A stretch of DNA of 64,000 nt. Source: Gammaproteobacteria bacterium. Its GTDB lineage: Bacteria > Pseudomonadota > Gammaproteobacteria > Burkholderiales > Nitrosomonadaceae. The notes beneath the pieces are model-generated. The model searched no databases and had not been told where the DNA came from. It saw only the letters and a list, made by a program, of their open reading frames with translations. The translations under genes and the position numbers were made by a program. The stretch is from assembly GCA_030431985.1 (NCBI GenBank), contig JAUIIB010000003.1, forward strand, positions 1 to 64,000, in the 5' to 3' direction. Within the stretch, counting starts at the first letter, position 1. Each line of letters starts with the position of its first letter. Positions 58,494 to 64,000 of the stretch are shown piece after piece.

Positions 58494-59366
58494 ATGGTTG
58501 TAGAAAACACACACAACATATCTTCCAAAGAGCCGCGGCCCGTTCTTGCCGGCGTCTTAGCAGTGCTGGTACACCTAGTTTTTATTGCCGTACTGGTATT
58601 CGGCTTCAACTGGAAAGACCGCACACCCGAAAGCATGACTGTGGATTTATGGCCAGCTTTACCGCAACCGGCACAGAAAATGTCATCAGAACTGCCCAAA
58701 AAACAAACTAGACCTCAACCTCAACCTGATCCCACTTCCGAACCTGAGGTGCCCCCCAAACCGGAACAGACAGAACCAGCACCCATTCAAGCCGCACCAC
58801 CGCCCCCCAAGAAGCCGGACATCGAACTCAAGGAAAAAGCCGAGCAGCCTAAGCCTGTTCAGAAAAGCCCGGAACCTGATCCTGAGCTGGAAAAGAAAAA
58901 AGCGCAGGAGCAGGCGGCGAAAGAAAGAGCTGAGGCTGAACGGTTAAAGCAAGAACAGGAAGCAAAAAAGCAACGCGAATTGAAAGAGAAGAAAAGGCAG
59001 GAGCTAGAAGCACAACAGCAACGCGAGCAGGCTGAAAAAGACCGGATTGCCGCGCAGCAGGCAGCAGCACGCGCCCAGACCGCCAACGAAATCAACCGAT
59101 ATAAAGCAATGATTCTGGCCAAAATCAAAAGCAGAATTGTCATGCCGCCTGATCTACCGGGAAACCCTGTAGTCGAGTTCAATGTTACTTTACTACCTGG
59201 CGGTGATATTCTTAATGTCAGATTACGAAAAAGCAGTGGCTACTCATCTTTCGACAGTGCCGTAGAACGCGCCATTTTTATGTCAAAACCGTTACCCTTA
59301 CCGCCCAATCCGGCATTGTTTAACGAATTTCGTAATTTGAATGTGACCGTGCATTATTTGGAATGA
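58494..59366 (+). CDS. tolA: Cell envelope integrity protein TolA
   Basis: N-terminal TM anchor, long Pro/Glu/Lys/Ala-rich helical domain (KEKAEQPKP..EQEAKKQRELKEKKRQELEAQQQ), C-terminal TolA domain. Confidence 0.85.
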   Translation: MVVENTHNISSKEPRPVLAGVLAVLVHLVFIAVLVFGFNWKDRTPESMTVDLWPALPQPAQKMSSELPKKQTRPQPQPDPTSEPEVPPKPEQTEPAPIQAAPPPPKKPDIELKEKAEQPKPVQKSPEPDPELEKKKAQEQAAKERAEAERLKQEQEAKKQRELKEKKRQELEAQQQREQAEKDRIAAQQAAARAQTANEINRYKAMILAKIKSRIVMPPDLPGNPVVEFNVTLLPGGDILNVRLRKSSGYSSFDSAVERAIFMSKPLPLPPNPALFNEFRNLNVTVHYLE

Positions 59367-59418
59367 TTGTTATAATCAAAATCCATTAATTGAATTTTTA
59401 ATTACTTATATTTTATTC

Positions 59419-60717
59419 ATGTCAACGCATTTTCGCACCGCCTTTTACGGTTTCTGTTGTTTATCCCTCTGGCTCGCCTGTATGCCGTTGCAAGCCAGAC
59501 TTAATATTGAGATTTTTGGCGGAGGGATGGAACGTATACCCATCGCTATTGTGCCGTTTGCCGACGAAGGACGCCTGCAACAACGTATTACCGACGTAGT
59601 GGCCGCCGACCTCCAACGCAGCGGTTTGTTTAAATTGATCGATCCTACCGGTTCGACACCGCATGAACCAGCAGAGGTGAATTACAGTGAATGGTCTGAT
59701 CGGAGCGCCAGTGCTTTAGTGATCGGACGCACGATCCCGTTGCCCGGCGGTCAAGTAGAAATCCAATTCCGCTTATTGGACGTGGCAAAACAAACACAAC
59801 TAGCCGGACTGGCGACAGTGGTTCCTTTAACACAGCTGCGTGTTGCGGCACACCGCATAGCGGATATTATTTATGAAACGCTGACAGGAGAAACCGGTGT
59901 TTTCAGTACACGTATCGCCTACGTTTTAAAACAAGGCGACAAATATGCACTGCAAATTGCCGACTCTGATGGTTATAATGCCCATTCAATCATTGAATAT
60001 ACCGAACCGATTATTTCACCGGCCTGGTCGCCCGATGGCAGGCGAATTGCTTACGTGTCGTTTGAAAATAAAAAGCCCGTTGTTTACGTTCAAACTTTGG
60101 CAACACGAGAACGTAAAGCTGTCGCAAATTTTGCCGGAAGCAACAGCGCGCCGGCCTGGTCTCCTGACGGCAAAAAGCTAGCCGTTGTGTTATCGTTGCA
60201 TGGAGGGTCACAGATTTATCTGATCAATGCTGACGGTAGCGGTTTACAAAGGCTAACCCGAAGTTCGGGTATCGATACGGAGCCGAATTTTTCACCGGAT
60301 GGACGCGCTATCATTTTTACGTCCGACCGTGGCGGCAGTCCGCAGATCTATCGCATCCCTGTTTCTGTTTCTGAATCAGCCAAAGCCGAACGACTCACCT
60401 TTGAAGGCCGTTATAACGTCAGCCCTGATTTCAGCCATGATGGAAAAAGCTTTACATTCATTCATCAGCATAATGGTAGATTTAACGTTGCCGTCCAAGA
60501 TTTAGCCACTGGCCAGGTTCAGCTGCTCACCAATTCTCAATTTGACGAATCACCCAGTTTTGCGCCGAATGGCAGAATGATCTTGCACGCCACAGAAATA
60601 AAGGGACGTGGTATATTATCAGCTGTTTCTAGAGATGGTCAGACAAGGCAGCACTTGTCTGTACAAACGGGCGATATACGCGAACCGGCTTGGGGACCGT
60701 TGCTAAAACAAAAATGA
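59419..60717 (+). CDS. tolB: Tol-Pal system beta-propeller protein TolB
   Basis: Signal peptide, N-terminal TolB domain and WD40-like beta-propeller repeats (..SPAWSPDGRRIAYVS.. x6). Confidence 0.9.
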   Translation: MSTHFRTAFYGFCCLSLWLACMPLQARLNIEIFGGGMERIPIAIVPFADEGRLQQRITDVVAADLQRSGLFKLIDPTGSTPHEPAEVNYSEWSDRSASALVIGRTIPLPGGQVEIQFRLLDVAKQTQLAGLATVVPLTQLRVAAHRIADIIYETLTGETGVFSTRIAYVLKQGDKYALQIADSDGYNAHSIIEYTEPIISPAWSPDGRRIAYVSFENKKPVVYVQTLATRERKAVANFAGSNSAPAWSPDGKKLAVVLSLHGGSQIYLINADGSGLQRLTRSSGIDTEPNFSPDGRAIIFTSDRGGSPQIYRIPVSVSESAKAERLTFEGRYNVSPDFSHDGKSFTFIHQHNGRFNVAVQDLATGQVQLLTNSQFDESPSFAPNGRMILHATEIKGRGILSAVSRDGQTRQHLSVQTGDIREPAWGPLLKQK

Positions 60718-60753
60718 TTTGAGAAATTTTGTTTATATTTAAGGGAGCGGTAA

Positions 60754-61269
60754 ATGAATAAACTAGCAGGTATATTGGTCATTTGCTTGTTATCAGCTTG
60801 TGCCAGTCAAACAACACAGCCTACCGATGTGGAAGAACGATCGGTAGAAAGTGGTATTGGTGATGGTGCCAGCAACAGCGCACTTGGATCTGGTAGTTCG
60901 GGCTTCCATCCACTCAATGATCCCGGCAGCATCTTGTCACAGCGCAGTATATATTTCAAATTTGATAGTTATCAAGTTAGCAATGAATACAGGAGCTTGG
61001 CCATTGCACATGCCCAATACCTGCGTGATAACCCCGGCGCACAAGTAATTCTGCAAGGCAATACGGACGATCGGGGCAGCCGCGAATACAATCTTGCCTT
61101 AGGACAACGTCGGGCGGATAGTGTAAAAAACATTATGACATTATCCGGCGCACGCCCCGCACAAATAGAGTCCGTTAGCCTAGGTGAAGAAAAACCGCGC
61201 GCTTACGGAAATGACGAGTCGGCCTGGACCGAGAACCGTCGCACCGATATTATTTACAGAGGCGAATAA
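60754..61269 (+). CDS. pal: Peptidoglycan-associated lipoprotein Pal (OmpA-like domain)
   Basis: Lipobox LLSAC; OmpA_C motif NTDDRGSREYNLALGQRRADSV. Confidence 0.9.
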   Translation: MNKLAGILVICLLSACASQTTQPTDVEERSVESGIGDGASNSALGSGSSGFHPLNDPGSILSQRSIYFKFDSYQVSNEYRSLAIAHAQYLRDNPGAQVILQGNTDDRGSREYNLALGQRRADSVKNIMTLSGARPAQIESVSLGEEKPRAYGNDESAWTENRRTDIIYRGE

Positions 61270-61272
61270 ACC

Positions 61273-62118
61273 ATGCGAATACGTGTATTCTGTCTACTTC
61301 TATTGCTATACAGCAGTACAAGCTATGCCGGACTGTTTAATGATAGCGAACAAATCGATGCTATGCGCCAACAGATTGAAGAGATGGAAAACCGTATCGC
61401 CTCAATGGAGGAGACACTCAAAAGTCAGGCGTTACTGGAGCTTTACGGTCAGTTTGAAACATTGAATCTGGAACTTGGACGATTACGCGGACAAATTGAA
61501 GAACTGACGAATGATAATGTATCACTACAAAAAAGACAAAAAGACTTTTATATTGATCTGGATACACGGTTAAGACAGATAGAAGATCCCAATGCCCCTC
61601 TACCGACTTACAACACGCCGATAGACGATGAAGACGAGTTATCTGCTCCAACATCTCAACAGTCCGGCGCCATCATTCAGGAGCCACAAGCCTCCAATTA
61701 CACGACTGAGGTCGATACCCGTAACTTTGATAAACCTGTAACCGAATTAAGTGAGAAAGAAGCTTATGATGCAGCATACGATCAGTTTACCAATGGTGAT
61801 TACTCTGGCGCGATAGCACAATTTGAATCGTTTTTAAATCAGTATCCACAATCGAACCTGGCACCCAGCGCTGCCTACTGGATTGGTAATGCACAATATG
61901 CTCTGCGAGATTTTATGGATGCAATTCAAACGCAACAAAACTTGATTGAACATTATCCCGATAGTTCAAAGGTACCTGACGCACTGCTCAATATCGCCAG
62001 CAGTCAAAACGAAATGGCTGATAGTAAAGCTGCAAGAAAAACGCTTGAAAACCTCATTACCCGTTATCCTTTCAGTAGCGCCGCTGCAAAAGCCAAACAG
62101 CGGCTAAGTAAATTTTAG
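61273..62118 (+). CDS. cpoB: Tol-Pal system protein CpoB/YbgF (coiled coil plus TPR)
   Basis: Signal peptide, N-terminal coiled coil, C-terminal TPR repeats (YDAAYDQFTNGDYSGAIAQFESFLNQYP..). Confidence 0.85.
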   Translation: MRIRVFCLLLLLYSSTSYAGLFNDSEQIDAMRQQIEEMENRIASMEETLKSQALLELYGQFETLNLELGRLRGQIEELTNDNVSLQKRQKDFYIDLDTRLRQIEDPNAPLPTYNTPIDDEDELSAPTSQQSGAIIQEPQASNYTTEVDTRNFDKPVTELSEKEAYDAAYDQFTNGDYSGAIAQFESFLNQYPQSNLAPSAAYWIGNAQYALRDFMDAIQTQQNLIEHYPDSSKVPDALLNIASSQNEMADSKAARKTLENLITRYPFSSAAAKAKQRLSKF

Positions 62119-62131
62119 TAAATCTGCTGAT

Positions 62132-62830
62132 TTGAGCGTTAACAGTAAACCCCTCACGCAGTTGAAACAGATTGTGCTCGATCACGAAACGTTAACCCTG
62201 CGTATCACAGAAATTTTCCATTCGTTACAAGGAGAAACAAGCCGAAGCGGTCTGCCAACTGTTTTTATTCGGCTGACAGGTTGTCCGTTGCGTTGCGGTT
62301 ACTGCGACACAGCTTATGCCTTCACAGGCGGAGAAACAATGTCTATTGCTACTATCATGCGGCTGGTTTCCAACTATAAGACACAGTATATTACCGTTAC
62401 CGGTGGCGAACCGCTCGCTCAAAAAAACTGCCTGCCACTTCTGACTTCGCTATGTGATGAAGCCTATTCGGTTTCACTTGAAACCAGCGGCGCAGTAGAT
62501 TTATCCAGGGTGGATTCACGTGTCAGTAAAATTATGGATATTAAAACGCCTGGTTCGGGTGAAACAAACAAGAACCTCTGGAGTAATCTGGATTATTTAT
62601 CGGCGCATGATGAGATTAAATTTGTTTTGTGTGATGAATCCGATTACCGGTGGGCGCATCGAATGATTAAAAAATATCGCTTGAGCAGCTGCTGCCCGAT
62701 ATTGTTTTCTCCGGTCCATGAACAACTTGAGCCACGCACTCTTGCCGAATGGATACTACGCGATCAACTTCCTGTCCGGTTACAAATTCAGTTGCATAAG
62801 CTGTTATGGGAAGATGGGCCGGGACATTGA
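62132..62830 (+). CDS. queE: 7-carboxy-7-deazaguanine synthase (radical SAM)
   Basis: ..[12 protein letters not shown].. and [10 protein letters not shown] radical-SAM cluster motif. N-terminus is ~20 aa longer than typical, so the true start may be the internal GTG near 62174. Confidence 0.85.
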   Translation: MSVNSKPLTQLKQIVLDHETLTLRITEIFHSLQGETSRSGLPTVFIRLTGCPLRCGYCDTAYAFTGGETMSIATIMRLVSNYKTQYITVTGGEPLAQKNCLPLLTSLCDEAYSVSLETSGAVDLSRVDSRVSKIMDIKTPGSGETNKNLWSNLDYLSAHDEIKFVLCDESDYRWAHRMIKKYRLSSCCPILFSPVHEQLEPRTLAEWILRDQLPVRLQIQLHKLLWEDGPGH

Positions 62831-62834
62831 ATCA

Positions 62835-63533
62835 ATGACCGGAGAAGGCAATGCAAAAGCTGTAGTACTGCTATCGGGTGGTCTTGATTCTGCGACCACT
62901 TTGGCCATTGCCAAGCATCAGCAATTTGAAAATTATGCACTCAGTATCGACTACGGCCAACGGCATAAATCCGAGTTACACGCTGCAAAGAATATCGCCC
63001 AATCAATGGGTGTAAAAACACATCAAATTATTCAAATTGATTTATCAACATTCGGCGGATCGGCACTGACTGATTCATCTATCGCCGTACCAGTAGCTGA
63101 AGAAACGATAACTGAAAATATACCAATTACCTATGTCCCGGCTCGGAATACCGTTATGCTGTCCTTGGCGCTAGCATGGGCCGAAACACTAAGCTGTCAG
63201 GATATTTTTATTGGTGCAAATGCCGTAGACTACTCCGGCTATCCCGATTGCCGCCCTGAATTCATCCAGGCATTTGAAAATATGGCCAATCTCGCCACTA
63301 AAGCCGCAATGGAAGGCAGCAAATTTTCCATTCACACCCCACTGATCAACTTACCCAAAAAAGATATTATCCAGACCGGAATTGCACTCGGTGTAGACTA
63401 CAGCCTGACGGTTTCCTGCTATCAGGCCGATGAAGCCGGTCGCGCCTGCGGAGTATGTGATGCCTGCAGGATCAGGCGAACGGGGTTTATTACTGCTAAC
63501 ACAACAGATGTAACACGTTATTACAACGCGTAA
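62835..63533 (+). CDS. queC: 7-cyano-7-deazaguanine synthase
   Basis: PP-loop [15 protein letters not shown]; C-terminal Zn-binding CxxC ([10 protein letters not shown]); start set at the ATG just after the queE stop. Confidence 0.85.
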   Translation: MTGEGNAKAVVLLSGGLDSATTLAIAKHQQFENYALSIDYGQRHKSELHAAKNIAQSMGVKTHQIIQIDLSTFGGSALTDSSIAVPVAEETITENIPITYVPARNTVMLSLALAWAETLSCQDIFIGANAVDYSGYPDCRPEFIQAFENMANLATKAAMEGSKFSIHTPLINLPKKDIIQTGIALGVDYSLTVSCYQADEAGRACGVCDACRIRRTGFITANTTDVTRYYNA

Positions 63534-63611
63534 TACAAGTACTTATAGCGTTAGTTACGCCACTAACTTCACTGTTTTAACATTTTAATAAAAACTAGGA
63601 ACACTCAACAT

Positions 63612-64000
63612 ATGCGATTGATTCTAGCCATAATAGTTATAAGTTGTATAGGCCTAATCGGCTATGCGCAATACCTGCAACATATTGAAAACTTACTACC
63701 TTGCCCGCTTTGTGTTGCACAGCGTCTGGCTTACTGGATGATCGGAATAACAGCATTATTGGCTTTCATACGCAAACCTGGAGCTCTTGGACTCAGAATT
63801 TACGGAACGTTTATGACAATCTTTGCATGTATCGGCGCAATCATTGCCTTCCGTCAATCCTGGTTGATACGCTATCCCGAATCGTTTGAATGTGGTATCA
63901 GCCCTGAAGAAGAATTTCTCAACTCACTCCCCTTGGCACAGTGGTGGCCTGGCATGTTTGAGGCCAACGGAGACTGTGCCGATGTTGATTGGGAGTTTTT
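63612..64000 (+). CDS. dsbB: Disulfide bond formation protein B (5' partial; runs off the window end)
   Basis: MRLILAIIVISCIGLIGYAQYLQHIENLLPCPLCVAQRLAYWMIG..: TM helices with the CPLC redox pair typical of DsbB. No stop before position 64000. Confidence 0.75.
   Translation, partial: MRLILAIIVISCIGLIGYAQYLQHIENLLPCPLCVAQRLAYWMIGITALLAFIRKPGALGLRIYGTFMTIFACIGAIIAFRQSWLIRYPESFECGISPEEEFLNSLPLAQWWPGMFEANGDCADVDWEF

Noticed and set aside
1-64000. CRISPR arrays, transposases/integrases, rRNA genes
   Set aside because: No regularly spaced direct repeats, no IS/integrase-like ORFs and no rRNA-like conserved segments were found on either strand.

Overview
The window is a ~45% GC chromosomal segment that looks proteobacterial, probably betaproteobacterial. 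The taxonomic guess is low confidence: it rests only on gene order (tol-pal-cpoB-queE-queC, rpmH-rnpA-yidD-yidC-mnmE) and PilS/PilR-like, OxyR-like and TreYZ proteins, and a Nitrosomonadales-like origin is possible. Most of the window is core chromosome. It carries lysC, a low-molecular-weight phosphotyrosine phosphatase, a divergent cytochrome c peroxidase/oxyR pair, a pilS/pilR-like sigma54 two-component pair, lgt, ilvD, and a glucose-to-trehalose cluster (glk, an alpha-glucan phosphorylase, a hypothetical protein coupled to a GT4 glycosyltransferase, treZ, treY). Further along are a DEAD-box helicase, a glutaredoxin-thioredoxin-reductase fusion, mnmE-yidC-yidD-rnpA-rpmH, a Tat-exported transglutaminase-like protein, an esterase, xthA, a CorC/HlyC transporter, a co-oriented signalling cassette (HD-GYP response regulator, DUF4154-type hybrid histidine kinase, TonB-dependent receptor), then ybgC-tolQRAB-pal-cpoB, queE, queC and the 5' part of dsbB. 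A 1522-aa CheB-CheR-PAS-GGDEF-EAL mega-protein sits mid-window. Two patches look accessory. The first ~8 kb holds an OLD-family ATPase/TOPRIM nuclease, a PEP-CTERM gene relic, and a sigma54/CARF-regulated RNA-repair module (rtcR-rtcB, no rtcA). That module is followed by a tandem array of tRNA-like elements with aberrant anticodon arms, a soluble SPFH-domain gene, a truncated tRNA-Thr 3' fragment and an intact tRNA-Ser(GCT). The second patch (55.3-56.9 kb) is a low-GC insert with one orphan 137-aa ORF. The most unusual signal is the tRNA-like array directly downstream of, and co-oriented with, the RNA ligase gene rtcB.
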